Shown here piece after piece: positions 24,052-38,248 of a DNA stretch of 64,000 nucleotides. The position numbers and the translations under genes are program-made. Source of the DNA: Amphiscolops sp. MND2022 (taxonomy: Eukaryota); assembly GCA_964187785.1 (NCBI GenBank), contig OZ076409.1:46626001-46690000 (forward strand). The letters are read 5' to 3'. The notes under the pieces were generated by a model. That model was given only the letters and a program-made list of their open reading frames with translations, searched no databases and was not told the origin of the DNA. Position 1 is the first letter of the stretch; each line of letters begins with the position of its first letter.

Positions 24052-26004
24052 TATAGTTCTCATTGCAATGGCTGCCGTTAACCAAATCACGGTTACAGCT
24101 ACTGCTGTCCTTTTTTATTAAAAAAACAATTTTTTGAAAATGCAAAAGTGATTTGTTTTGTCGCAACACGCTATCAAAAAAAATAGGCTAGGGTTATTCT
24201 CAGTTGTCATTTATTTGAATGGTTGCACTAAATCTGTTACTCAAACAATATTTTTGCCAATTGGAGTTTTTAGTTTTCTTTAAAAAACTGAGCTGAATAA
24301 TTTAATTTTGTTTTTCACGGCAAGTCACACAGAGAAACAATGAACATGACTGGAACGTCTGAAGTCCATGCCCGCAAAGTGCTCCGAACATTTTTAAATG
24401 AATATCTCACATGAAAGTTTCGAAAAACTCAAAGGGGTTTTTGAGCCTCAACATCCTTTTTCTCCGCTTTAGTAAAACGTAATAAAGTTCGGATTCGAGT
24501 TGTGTTGAAAAAAATATTGATTATATTTTACGAAAACCTAATTTTTTGACAAAAAATGAGACTCATGACACAGTCTCATCGTGCCAAAAATGTCAAAGGT
24601 GGAATCCTTGCTTTGATGCTTGACCCGTGCTGATGATGCGTTCCATTTTCAGCGGAAAATATCCCGGTGCTTAGCGGGTGTTTTGTTTAACATCCACTTT
24701 GTTGCACAATATCTGGAAAATTGATTGACCTTTTGAAGACATTTTAAAATTTTCGAAGAAAAGTTTTAGTTGAACAAACTGAACAAACATTTCGTCGCAT
24801 TCGAAACTTGCAGAAAAACAAGAAAGAAAATTTTAGAAAAAAACGTGTGGCTGAAATAGTCGCGCTCTTTTGTTTACGCTGAAAGCGCCGACTAAAAAAC
24901 TTGGGAACACGTTTCTAATATTTTGAGTTCAAGTTCCTATATCAATCAGAAGGACTACTCAAACGTTTTGTTTTTTTTTCTGAAACAACTTCAGTGGCAA
25001 AAACCATGCTAATATTACATTTAATTGGTGTCAACACTCTCACAAATCAATAAAACGTTTTCAAATTTTTACTTTAGTTTGTCATTAGCGCTGTTTCGTG
25101 GTAACTTTTGTTTCATTCTGGCTTTACTGTTTTCTAGTTGTCGCTTTTGCTGTTGAAGCATTCTCTATTCCCAGAAGCGACGCATTCCAAGATGAGGAAC
25201 TCTCTTTCGCGTTTCCAATTCCGCCAAAATTAATTTATAAATAACAATTAACTATGCAGACACTTGTGGTCTTTCAGTTTGAGTTTGGAAGACCAACTCA
25301 GTTAGAGTAGTTTTCCCACCAGTAGTCATTTTTTCACTATTTGATAAAACGTTGACATTGAGAAAAGTTTTCATTGAATAAAACGATGAATCAATGAATG
25401 AACTAATAGTTTGATATCGCAGTGCACCAATGTGTATTTGATGAAATTGAAATTCCGACTGCACGGTTTTTAGGCTTTCTGTTGAAATGGAAGATAGTTT
25501 TGAATCCTAAAGATTTTCATTTTGACAAACAACTTTTACAAAGAACTTGACTACATCCAGATTGGGTGTTTCGTTCATAATTAGAACGTGTTCGGAGATA
25601 CCGCTTGATTCAAAAGTATTTTTTTTGTTAGACTTGGAGACTGAAAACAATGGTTTTTAGCTTTCATTTTAGTATTTAGCAACCTCTCTGTTCTTCTATT
25701 ATGGCAATGTGCCATTTTTAGTAAACTGAGGTCCTAGGAAAGGACGTCGCATAGTAACAAAAAACGTGTTGGCCAAAACGTGGATAAAACGTTTTGAAAC
25801 GTCCTGTATAGCTTTCGGCAAAATGTACATATTTCTGAAGTTTTGAGAGGGATGGGTGTTTCGAGTCTTGTGTGCATACTTTCGGATCTTTTTGGCACTG
25901 TCAATTAGTTAAAAACTTTCACAATAATGTCCCTTTCCATATTGAAATCATTTTGCTCTTTTTGAAACTTGAGCCGGGAGCCAACTTGGGCCGGTCCCTG
26001 GACG

Positions 26005-26760
26005 GTTGACATATGAGTATGAAGTGAAAAATACTTTTTCAAAATGGCATGTGGTATTAAAACGTTATACTCAGTGAAATCGTTTCTATCAGATAAAACA
26101 TGTCTAATGCTACTCAACTCTCTTGTTAATAGCCATATACATTATCCAGCAATAGTAATTTATGGAATTTCACAAAATTTATGTACAACCCTAAAGAAAC
26201 AACTAAATTGGGGTGTAAAAGCTTGTTTCAACCGAAGAAATTTTGATTCCGCTAGTGATATAAAAATAAAGCACAATATTTTTCCTATCAGAATTCTTTC
26301 AGATCTCAAAGCAGTCACGTACTTCTGGAAATATCAGAATAACTTACTACCTGCCTTTAAAAGCTCAAATAACGGACAAAGTCACGGACAAAGGAAATTA
26401 GTTGCGGTTGTCGAGCGAAAAATGCTTTCATGAAAAACAATATCTTCAAGAGATTTATACCCTTGTGGAACAGGCTACCACTAATGTTATCCAAGGAAAA
26501 AGTTTCTATTGAAATCATTCAAAATAAACTGAAGCGATACTTTATAGGTGAAATAGCCGATGAAAAAGAGCATCGAGAATTAAGACAGAAGATTTGGAGA
26601 GATTACCGCTTTAAATGTTACAAAAATTTATAAATGTGTACTTTCATTTCAGCATTAATCTTGTTTTTAGTCTTGCACACTGCCTTTAAAGATTTACCGA
26701 TAGCGTTTCATTTGAAAAGGAAATTCAGTGTTTTTGTTACTGTTCTACAGTTCTACAGAG
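26005..26760 (+). mobile_element. 5'-truncated LINE fragment (ORF2 C-terminus plus 3' UTR, CR1/L2 group)
   Basis: ORFs 26044-26433 and 26430-26633 (LLNSLVNSHIHYPAIVIYG..QLNWGVKACF; FKRFIPLWNRLP) are typical of the post-RT region. Confidence 0.75.
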
Positions 26761-27289
26761 GGTACCGCCTGTTGTGTTGCCTTTAGGACTAAGGCTTTTG
26801 AACGAAGGCAGAACGTTTCCTCAATGAAAGAGTTGTCCAGTACGAAGTCATAACTTTTTCATAAAACTTGAATACTTATTGAGCATTACTTCAGTGTAGC
26901 CAATTGAAATGCATATAAAAGTTTCTTCTATCGGACTTTTTCCAATATGTTTTGCCAATAAAAAAGTGTTTTTTCCGTAAACAGTTCTCAGGAAAAATTT
27001 CGAGAACCCATGACATCAATTTTGCATTTTCTGTTGACAAAGACTACAAGAATGAGTGTTTCTTACATAAGACACTTAGATCGAATCAAATACAAAATAT
27101 GCAGTGGCTCCGGCAAAGGAAACAGTTGAATTGTCTTTTCTTTCCAGTAGCTTGTCCTAAAATGCGAAAAAAATTGGTTCTCCAAATACGTTTTTTCTTT
27201 TTTTATTTGAAACTTTTTTTATTTCAGCCCAAACATTTCAATAACGAAACGTCACACACATATGAACGCGTAGAGTACAGTCGGTTGTT

Positions 27290-30200
27290 TTTGAACATTC
27301 GCTTTTAAAAGAATTATTACGTAATGGCAAAATTAAACTTTGAAACTGCATTGTCTGAAATTGGAGATGACGATACAAAAAACATATCGAGTTCCTGTTA
27401 CAACAAAACGCAGCAGCAACCAAAGAAATTGTTGAACTGGGGAACGAAATGTGCTCCTTAGGACAACGAAGTGCCCTACAAGAACGGTATTCTTCTAAAG
27501 ACTCATTAATTTTTGAGATTTTACCATGGGACGGTAAGCAGTCTTTACCTGAATTTGTTACCAGTTTCCTCGGTGAGTACCTAAATTTTCAAACAAATCC
27601 GGGCAATTTCAAAGCCTGCCAAGTGCTTCTGCGCGGACAATTGAACTACTCTCGTGCAGTCTTTGTCAATTCCATTTACTTCCATGAAAAGAATTAAATT
27701 TATGGCGGAAAAATTCGATTGGTGTGAAAAACTGCATGAATGGAAAACATATATTCATTAAACAGAGACTTCAAACCAAGAGACAAAGAGTTACAAGTAT
27801 ATGCAAATGAACAAAACCTGGTGACCTGAACACAAAACTGCCAGGTTCAGTTATTGGTTGAAAAAGATGGAATTCGCAAGAACATTGATGTAAATAACAG
27901 ACTAACAATTGATGGTAGTCTACCAATTGCGGTGAAAAAGAAACTGAAAGTTTTTCCAGTAGCAAGAAACAATGGTAATGAAAGAACCCCTTAAACCGAT
28001 GATTCAAAAAGGATTAAAAAGTTGGCTACGTGTAGCACGACAGAAAAAAACTTATGGTCGTTGACAAAGTATTTGAAACTTGTAGTCCAGATGCCAAAAA
28101 ACCCGACCTACGATCATTTTCCTCATCCTTGACGTAAAAAGAATGCCAGCCAAAAATGAGTTTAAAACCTTCGTAAAGTGAACGTTCAATTTAAACAACC
28201 TTTTTAAACTGGCATTCACTTGTACGATGAACAACAATCAAAAACTCAATTTTGTGGTAGGAAAGTTCACAATTTTTGTAAAAACATAAGGTCAGTATCA
28301 GCAAACTTGCGTAACGTAGAACTTTTGGTATCTGAATTGAAGCTGTCGAATATTGCCCTCATCGAAACCTGGTTCGAGACCGAAATTGGTGATGAACTAT
28401 TTAGCCTTGGAGGCTATCACCAACCATTTATTAGTACTAGAACTCAAAAGCGAGGCGATGGAGTAGCAATATACGTAACACTAGAACTTGAAGCAAAACT
28501 GTCTCACTCTGATGTTTATCACGAGTCAGTCTCTGTGAAATAAAATGATCCCAAAATTGAAAAGAAAATTACAGTATCTTGTTTTTATTGCGATTCTTCT
28601 AGAAACAAAAACATCTATTTGCAGCACGTTGAAGAGGTGTTTGACAAAATTGGTAATGGCTTACAGATAGTATGTGGTGACTTCAAAACTGATCTGTTAA
28701 ATGAAAATTTCGGAGAGCGTGCAACGTTCTAGAACATGATGAACTCACAAGGATATGATATAGTGAAACGTATGGATCCCACCACAAAAACAGCTACATC
28801 AAGCCCACGTATAGAAGCTATATACAGCAATTTTTTTGTTTAGTGATCTCAGGTACTAAAAACATTTTTTTTCGGATAATTACAGCCTAAGAGTGGATTT
28901 GAAAATAACCTTTGAGTTAGTAGAAAAACATTTCGAGTTTAGATCTTCGCACAAGTTAGAAGATCAACTGTGTTGTGAACATTTCCTCTTTTTTCTGAGT
29001 CATCCTCTGAGTAAAATTATTGAACTTGACACACCTGCAGAAAAATATCTTGATAAGATTGCCAAACGCTTAGAGAGTCAACTGACAAATACTATCCCCT
29101 TGCATAATTAAAAAGACGTGAACCCAAGAAGTCTTGGATTACAAATCCATTTGAGGGACATATCGCTATCAAAGAAAAACTTTATCACAAAAAAATTTTT
29201 TATCCAAAAATCAAAAAAAAGGTATGGATCAAAGCAAAATCCGAACAACACTATGAGAAACTCAAAAAGGAACTATGCGAGGTTAACATGGAAATAAATT
29301 TTGCAAAACGAAATGAATAATCCAAAATAGATCGAAAGAGCCCAAAGAACTTATTCAAATATGATATAAGCATGAAAAGAGAAAATAGCTAAGTGAAATT
29401 TCCAGTAAACTCTTTGCTGATGATATCAACAATTAATTCAACACGGCTTGCGATCAACAAAAAGTCACTCCCGATACCAGCAAATGTGTATATGATCAGG
29501 GGTTTCCACCGCAAACACATTTCTTCTGTCGAGTTACAGAAAATGAAAAAGCTAACTTATTCGCCACATTGAAAAACAAAACTTCTGTAGGATCGGATGG
29601 TATAAGTTCAAAAATTTTGAGGAAGGCTGCCCGTGGATTTTCCTGCTGTGAAAGTCACAAAAACCATCATAAATTCATTTTTGCAAACTGCATTCAGTAA
29701 ATTCATAGCAGAATGCGTTTTTTCAAGAAGTGTAAAAATTGCTAAAGTTGTTCCAGTTTTCAAAGCAGGTGATGAAAAAGGGACCTCGAATTACAGACCA
29801 ATTTCAATTTCGGGAAGTCTGTCAACGATAATTGAGAAAATATTACATAAAAGATTGATAAATTATCTTGAAAACTTTTCTATTCTTTCAGACAACCAGG
29901 ACGGATACAGAAAAAAAGAAAGATTCAATACAATCTGCAACTTTTCTATGGAAACAAATAATAGAAGCGAATTGGAAAGTCAAACTGAAAACAAACTTTG
30001 TTTTTTGGATTTCAAAAAAGCGTTTTACTCAGTAGATCACGAAAGATTATCGTGAAAATTGTACCATATTGGTGTCAGAGGTACTTCCCAAGAACTAGAA
30101 GCAAATTACTTAGATGATAGGTTTCAATATATAAGAGTAGATGATGAAAATTCAGCTATGAAATCATTCAAACGCGGTGTTCCTCAAAGGTCAACTTCAG

Positions 30201-31250
30201 GTCCATTTTTATTTGTTGTTTATAATGATGATCTCAGTGCAGACGACAATTGGCAGAGTGAAATTATAAAAGACGTAGATGATACAGTCTCTATGGAAAA
30301 GGTTGATTATAAATCTGAGGATGGAAAGTTACTTCAGTGTTTGATGTCTCGAAACGGTGTAGATTGTTACTACACGAAAATTACAGTTACCGTTTTTGAG
30401 AAAAAATCAACTAAACATTCAAACATTGTAATTGGTGACGATGGAATTTCCTGCTGTGAAATTTACTAATACTTGGGCTTACATTTCAACAAAAAATGCA
30501 TTGTGTGACCCATGTCAGAAAAATTGTCTCAGAGCTAGCGCAACATTGCGGCACAAGGAACAAACTGAGAGAAACGCTAAACAAAGGATAATTGGTACAG
30601 TATTTTCGATCTTATGTATGACCGATTCATTATGGCGTCCTTTTGCACGGATTGGGAGCGAAAACAAAGCTGCAGAAAATCCTACTAAGTGAAATAAAAT
30701 CCTATTTGAATTGCCTTACGATTTCTTTCTTGGGCCGGAGTTCTGGGAACATTCAATGAACTGAAAATTGGAACTGTATTTGAATATCATTTATGAACTA
30801 TTTAGGTTGTCACAGGCGCGAATCAGAAATTCCTGATTCTTACCAGGAATTCAACAGAGACAAACAAGGAATGTGTTTTATTATTTGAATTTTTCGGACA
30901 AAAATGATAAGCTAGGCTCTCGAGCAATGATACTGATGAACGCACTATGTAAATGGGATGTCTTACCTTCGGATAAATTGATATGTAATATGTATGATAA
31001 GCAGTTTGAAAAGTGGTAAAACCAAACTTCGGATCTCTTTATTTTTGAAAATGGGGAACTTGCGAAGATTATCTACAAGTAACCGGAAACTCTGTGGATT
31101 GTTAACTTTATCACAAGATCCAAGTTTTCAAAACAGAGAATCAATAATTTGTTGCTGACTATGAAAAGGTTCGATAAAACCTCTAAAGGAATTTTTGAAC
31201 TAATTTATACATCTCCACTGCAGCCAATAAAATACTTGTTCTTGTTAACG
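27290..31250 (+). mobile_element. Near-full-length decayed CR1/L2-group LINE
   Basis: ORF1 remnant (QERYSSKDSLIF..FKACQ) is homologous to that of the 17765-22270 LINE. APE motifs: NIRS, IALIETW, RGDGVAIYV, CGDF. RT motifs: AKVVPVFKAG..NYRPIS, FLDFKKAF, GVPQRS..GPFLF, VDDT. AATAAA plus a short tail lie at ~31226-31250. Confidence 0.92.
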
Positions 31251-31279
31251 AAAACTCGATCTCAAACAACTTTAGAGGC

Positions 31280-31737
31280 AAAAAAGCCGGGACTGGCCCA
31301 AGTCGGCGCCACATCCAAGGCTCAAAAATAGCAAAAGGGCATCAAAGTTTCAAAGTATTCTCTTCTACAGCACCATTTTTTTGAAAAAAGTCTCACAACG
31401 CCAAAAAAATTGAAAGAGGGGTCCTTTTGGGATTTTTCTATACCCAGTCTGTCGCAAAACCCAAAAAATTGAAGGGGGTCCCTTTGGGGAATTTTTTTCC
31501 CGAAAAACAGTCTCGCAATGCCAAAAAACTGAAAGGGGGACCCTTTGGTCTCGTCCGGCCCTGTATGTTATGCGGGAAACTTTTTGGTTCAGTTTCCTGG
31601 GCCAACAGGTGAAGTTTGAAATTTTGTAGAACTTTTGGTAGAATTATTTTGGTAAGTTCCGGTGTTCTTAAAGAAAACACTGACGAAAAGCCATGACTAT
31701 AGTCGACTCTTTTCACTAGAAAAGCGCCGATTAAAAA
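31280..31737 (-). mobile_element. HINE family 1 copy
   Basis: On the + strand: aaaaagccgggactggcccaagtcggcgcc ... agtcgactcttttcactagaaaagcgccgattaaaaa. Central repeats read gtctcacaa.gccaaaaaa.tgaaagggggaccctttgg. Confidence 0.75.
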
Positions 31738-34700
31738 TAGGCTCCACATAGAGAAAATTAGACGCTTAGGTTTGTTAGTAGAACCGTTCGTGAAAATTCA
31801 AAAATTGATATTTCCGGCTAGAAAGAACTGATCAATTTCATTACATGTGAATAAAAATTGAGTACTATTTGTGAAATCTCTACCACACACACAAAAAAAA
31901 CAATTATTTTTGATCCAATAATAAGGATCCCTCTTGAAACGCCAAGTGCTTTTAGGGGTATTTTTCAAGGGCTGAGTTGTAAATTCGTTTTGTTCAATCT
32001 AGCAAATTGTCGGTAATTTATGCCCCTGATAATTGGAATTATTTTTATTATGTCTTTAAAATAGTCTCTCCAGGATTGCAAAATCACTTGATTTTAGTTT
32101 TAACTTCTTTCGGTACTTTCAAGTTTCTATTGCTCCAAAGAAATTACTCGTCTTTTCATAAAAGCATTTTGTGCCGAAATACGAAAAAAACCCACAGCTC
32201 CACTAAATTTCATGATGAATTTTAATGTGGACTTGTTTAAATAATATTGATTGAGAGGCGACTTCTTAGGATTATCTTCGTTTTGTTGTTTTCATGCGTC
32301 TGTAGCTTGCTAGTTTAGTGATTATCATTGCAGATGTCCATCTTTGTGGTTGTTCGACATATTTCACAGATGTAAGTAAAAAATAAACGTTATCTTGAGG
32401 GTTTCTTGTTCCTTTGTTATCTCTTCCTCAATTTTGGGATTTTGCTGTTTGCCTTTGAATTTTTCATGAACCAATCGAGGTCACTGACCCTCTGGTCACA
32501 ACCTGTTTCGTTTTATGCTCCATAACTTTTATTTTCATCATCTCTGTTGCTACTTTTTCGCAATCTTGGCCTTTGTGGCAGTTTTATTCTTGTCATAATT
32601 GGTCTCTTGTTAAGATTTTTTGAAATTATGACAGTCTGTCAAATATCTCCCCATGACTATTTGCGTATTTACGTACCACGGTAAGATTTTTCCAAGATCT
32701 TGCCAAGACATCCATGAAAGGTCAGCTGGGGTAGTAGTTTTAGATAAATATGATGATTCCTTTGAGGTTTGAACTATAAATTTGACATGAAATTTGATTT
32801 TTAAAAAGTGCGAGATAATACTGTTCAATCGGGTCAAGAGTATAGCAATTTGCCGCCAACTGAGGACCAAGTAACAAAGGGGCTTATTGAAAATTATCGA
32901 ACAAAATTCAAATGACACATTTCTGGAGCAAGGTCCCCGCTGAACACCGGGATATTTTCCGACCAGAACTACTTATTTAGCGACGCCATACTCTGAGGGC
33001 TCAAGTGTAGCCGAAAACTACAAACTTGCGAAAAAGTCGGAAGTTTTTGACACTTTTTGGTTCAAAAGTGATTTGCCCCAAGATGACAAAGATCTGTTTG
33101 TCGTTGTTCTTTTTATTTTTGTTCCCTCAGCCAAACTAGTTTCCTTTCGTCTTGACCACACCACTGAGTTAGGGATGAAGGACTTGCTTAAAATACAGTC
33201 CTAATGCTCTAACCATTATTTCAATATTCCCGAAAACTGAAAATGTTGACACATTTTAGTTCAGTTCAAAGTTTGTTTGGAAGAAATTCTTGTACAAAAG
33301 TTGCGTAAAACTGTCGAGTTGCATTCAAAAATTGCACAAAACTATCAGTTCATCGTGTACAAAAATTGCATAAAACTGTCTAATTGTGAAACTTTTGTTA
33401 CTTTCGGCATCGTTTCGGACCTAATTTTATGATATCTGACATCTCGGGAAGGAAATCTATCATTTGGGTATAAAATTGGAACATGGGAAAACTGGGAAAC
33501 AAACGTGGCTCACTAATTTTCCTTTTCCATATGTAAATATCGACTGAAAAAATTCAAAACATGGCTATAAGATATGTTCATCACTCACATGAAAAACGAT
33601 GAAAGTTTGGGAAAATGGTTGAATTTCACGAATATCTTTGAACTGATTTCGAACGGCCTCATTTGCGAATTGCATTTCATATTTCGATTACTTTTACGCG
33701 CATATTTTACAGACAAGATTCAACCAAAAACAATCAATCCTAACGTTTTTTCGTCTTGTGTAAAGATGCTGTAGCATTAGCACGTTGTGTGAATTCAAAC
33801 AAAAATTTGTGAGATTGGAATTCAAAACTATATTTCGTTCAATCTTTTTTTGGGAAAAATGAAGGAATTTACTGAGCCAGGACATCCTCGCATTTTCAAT
33901 GCTTCAATCATGACAACCGTGGTTCGCCCACCTTCAAATGACAAAAGAGATTGTAGACATTGGATTTTGTTTTTATAGATTTTAAAGTTTTCTAAATTTT
34001 ATTCTTTGTAGCGAAATATTCTTGGCCAATCCCGGACTCAAAAATAATTGTTTTTATAATACAAAAAATAGTCTGTCGAGTAAAAAACAGAGTTACAATT
34101 AGTTGATGGAGTATAATTATTTTTTGGATCGCATTTATGTTTGTTGTAAATTGTCCAGCACTGAGTTTACCGTCGGATTTCGTAACACAGCCCGAAGTAT
34201 TCGAATTGAAAAGCAATGGTGCTATCAAACATTGCAAGGCTATAAAAGCCGCTGAAATCTAAGAAAGTCATGCAGACTTAATGGTTGAAATAAAAAGCGT
34301 TACAAGATGAAGCTATAAAACAGTTGGTAGAATATTAGTGAAGCATAAATCATCAGTCGCAAGATTTGGCTGCTCAGTCGAGGTCGTTAAACTGCAGAAA
34401 CTATTACTCTTGGATCTGAAAAGCGCTTCTTTTCTTTTTCACTCACAAGTAAAAACTCATCAAAAACCTTGTCCAACGAATCATTTGAGAATTAGGTAAA
34501 CTTGGATGTCAGCATACAACTTATGGCACGATAATGCCAAGATACATCGATTGATAATAAAAAATTTCAAAGTATGCCCTGATGAATCTTGAATGCGGCG
34601 AAAGAGAAAGGAGCTCTTGATAGGAAAGGAGGGGATTTATTTAAAGAAGAGCTGCGGTATCAATCAAACTTACGCTGATATTGGGATGACGTCGGTGAAA

Positions 34701-36561
34701 ATGAAACTAGAGATATAACAACAAACATTTGTGTTATTCACATGACAAACAATCGCTCTGTGAAAAGATTATAAATGCTTTTTGTATAATGTCTCCTGGT
34801 TGTGAAAAATGCTTTCCTTGCCAAAATCTTTCAAGAAAGAATCTTTCAATATCTTGCAATATTATGCACTTTCTAGAAAGCCTTTTGCATATAGTGGATT
34901 TATTGCAAGGTTTTTTTCTGTCGACATATTACAACATTTTTCAAGAAATGCGTTAAGTAAGGAGTTTGCAAGATATTTACGTTTTTGCATTTTTCTCAAC
35001 TTGGGTTTCCTCAATTGACCCAAAAAACTCATAACCGACGATTTAAAAAATAGTGAAACCATCGAAAAAATGGATTACATTGCAGATGTTCTTTTTTGTT
35101 ATTCCATATGTTTTACATATAAACTCAAATATCACTCCAGAAAGCAATTAAAAAAAACAGGCAGGTCGTAATATTTCTAAGAGTCCAAAAACCTTAAGTT
35201 TTACAGCCTTCGTCGTTTTTTGGGTCAAGTTGAGAGGAGGCTAAAAAATTAAGGTTACTGTGCAGTACAGTGCGCATCAATTACGTTTATTGTAAAGAGG
35301 CTGCTCTGATAGCTCCGCATGAAAGTAGCAGCGCTATTCAGGGGCTTTTACGTGTAATTTCAGTGTCTGGTTTCGGTGCGAAACTTCTCAAGAATCATCT
35401 TTCGACCGAAACCAGCATTCAACAGCTTCCAAATTGCTTCCCAAATTTTCCAATTACACGGAAAGTAGAATGATTCGTCGAATCGACGAGGACGGGAAAT
35501 TAGTCACAAACATAGCCGTCGAAGAGTTAATTGTTCAAACTTGTTACATAAAAAACACAACATTATTTTGGTACAAATAGCATATCAGCAAGAATCTTGC
35601 AAATTAATAATTCGCAATAAATAGTAGACTGAAGTACAATAACATTCAAGAAGAACTAGAATGCATTGAACCGTCTTCATAGACTGGTACTTCGTTTTAT
35701 GACAGTCTGGAGTTAATTGAAGCCAGGATTATGTATTTAGGTTGTGATCTGATAAACACTACGCCATGTGATCTTCTTTCTTTTCCGAAACTAAATTATC
35801 AATCTTACAGTTGAAATTGTCGTTCATTTTCTTCCCAAGGTCTCAAGTCTCATGATTATGACCTGTCGCAGTCAGCAATTTCATTGAATCAAGCTCAACG
35901 AAAGGTAGGACACAGCAGAACGAAAAACTTCGCCGACATTGCCCTTTTTAGTGAAGGGACACTAACCAATTAACCGCAGATGACGAATTATGGTGGCCAT
36001 AATTTGATTCATACATCGATTTAACCCAAGATATTGTGATCAACCCATATCTCAAGGTTCTCAAACACTACTGAAAATACAGAAAGTCTGATCTTTTGTT
36101 TAAATGACAAAGCCATAAGCCCAAAAATGAACTTAGCGAGCCAATACTGATTTCAGGTCGTTGCAGTTGGAATGATGAAGCTGCTCATCATGAACGAAAC
36201 CGCTCGTTCATGGCAAAACTTCAGTCATTATTTGTTGGCAGTCATGATCAGAATTTTTGGCTCCTTGCTGCAATCTAAAAACGAAATGTCTGGGTCGCTG
36301 GCTACTATGTTAATGTCAGCGGCAAAATAGGCCCTCCGAACTGTCCTTATGCACTGTCTTATTACGATTTGAGATCGGGATTCGTCTTTTAAAGTCAAAT
36401 ATTTCCGGATACTTCTCTCAGAAAGTATAATTTTTCTAAAACAATTTTCATTTTGGAGACTTTGCTGAACTTCCGTTGTTGGCTATAAATTCTTTCCGTT
36501 TGTCAACTAATGTTTTTGAGACGCATTTAGTTGGGTGTTCGTTGATGTACTGTTTCAGAGA

Positions 36562-38248
36562 AACAAGACGCCCGCTGACCAGCGAGTTATTTTCCGTTCA
36601 AACTGTTCAAGCAACGACATAATTTTCAGGGTCAAGAGCATCCAATGCACTATCAGAACGGATAGAAATTTGAAAAAATGACACTTTTTGATTAATGTCA
36701 TCCCATTTTAAAAGGAAACATTCAGTTCAAGAACTCCCTTAATGAATAAATGTTTGTTGATGAACTGTGCGGAAACCAGTACCTAACTGCTAAATTGTTA
36801 TACTTTTGCACAGAAAATCAATAAAAACGACCAATTTTGGGAACGTTTGATCTTTTTCGGAGAGTTTTTATACTACTTTGGTGTCATTTTGAGTCTTTTT
36901 TAAACGTGAAACTGCAATTGACTATCAAAAAGCCTACTACAAAACGCGTTTGTTTACTGTTAAAAATTTTCATTCTTCTAACAAACCAATTTCCAAGAAA
37001 ATCTGGAACTTAGGAAAAACTTTGGTTTCTTGACTTGTTTGGGTCATTTTAATATTGTTCCACCTGGAAAACTACAAAATTTTCCCTTCAAGACGTACTG
37101 TATTGATTGATAAAGTGTATGGAGCTTTTGGGACCGTCTAACTCAGGAAACGATTCACAAACAATCACTAAAATTGTCAAAAAAAGGAGAATTTCAAAAT
37201 TTTTGTTTTTTCGGGTAAATTTAAGCTTTGACTCAAACAAAAAACTGCAAATTTCTCTTCAAAAATCAACTGGAGATCAACTGCAATCATTGTTGAACTT
37301 TTTAGCATTGTAAACTTCGAAATATGTCAACAACTTCTCAAAACTTCGACAAAAACGTTGAAAGTATCAATTTTTTGTTCTTCTTCGACATGCTGGGATC
37401 ATTCTGAAGTGTTTTTGAAGCAAAACACTGCATATTTTTTTTCATAAAGCGTATGGCATAGCTATTTCGTTCGGTTTTGAACGTTCTGAACCCTCTTACT
37501 AATGAAATTTTCTGTAAATTGTACACAATATCCATGAGTAACGACAAAACTTTGTAACGTTTAGATTTCTCGAAAGGTTCGGTGTCGAATCGAGACATTT
37601 TCCTAGGAAAAAACTATTCTTTCTCACAAAAGCCTTCTCGAAGACGCATTTTTTGTCTAGAACGTTTCAACCATTCTAGTGCTCGAAGTCTATCGAAAAT
37701 TTGACAAAAATTGCATGAAAACCCTAAAAACTGGAAATGCTCCGAATTTTCGTCATTTTCGGTGTCATCTTTATATTGATTAACCGCATTCATCTCTTTA
37801 AAAAAGTATACTAGATAACGTTCATTTCCTGTTTGATCGTTTAAAAAATTTCTAATCCACGAAGTCTATCAAAAATTTGACGAAAATTGCATAAAACCCT
37901 GGAAACTGGAAATTTTCCGAAGTTTCGCCAATCTGAGGCATTTTCTATCAAATAACCAACCGCATTAAATTCTTCCGAAAAGCCCACTGGACAACGAATT
38001 TTATCCTGGATGAAAGTTTTGAACATTTTCATCCACGAAATATATCAAAATTTTGACTAAAAATGCATAAAAACGGTAAAATTGGAAAAAAATTAACACA
38101 TTTTTCCATTTTTGGGTCATTCTGGGGTTTTTTCGGTCAACTAAAGTGTATCCTACTAAGACATATCGCTTCAAACGAAATTTTTGTCAATTGACTTCTA
38201 TTCAATACTTTCCGTCCCCAATAAAAAAATTGGACGCAAAATAGTAAT
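36562..38248 (-). mobile_element. Long HINE family 2 element with ~175-bp internal tandem repeats
   Basis: On the + strand it starts aaacaagacgcccgctgaccagcgagttattttccg and ends tactttccgtcccc..tggacgcaaaata. Repeat units start at ~37684, 37860 and 38034. 37060-37145 matches the reverse complement of 59560-59655. Confidence 0.65.

Noticed and set aside
31427..31749. Short ORFs rich in KGGPFG/PKGPP (also ~18336-18693, 44329-44718, 53310-53620)
   Set aside because: They are chance translations of the HINE central repeats on both strands.
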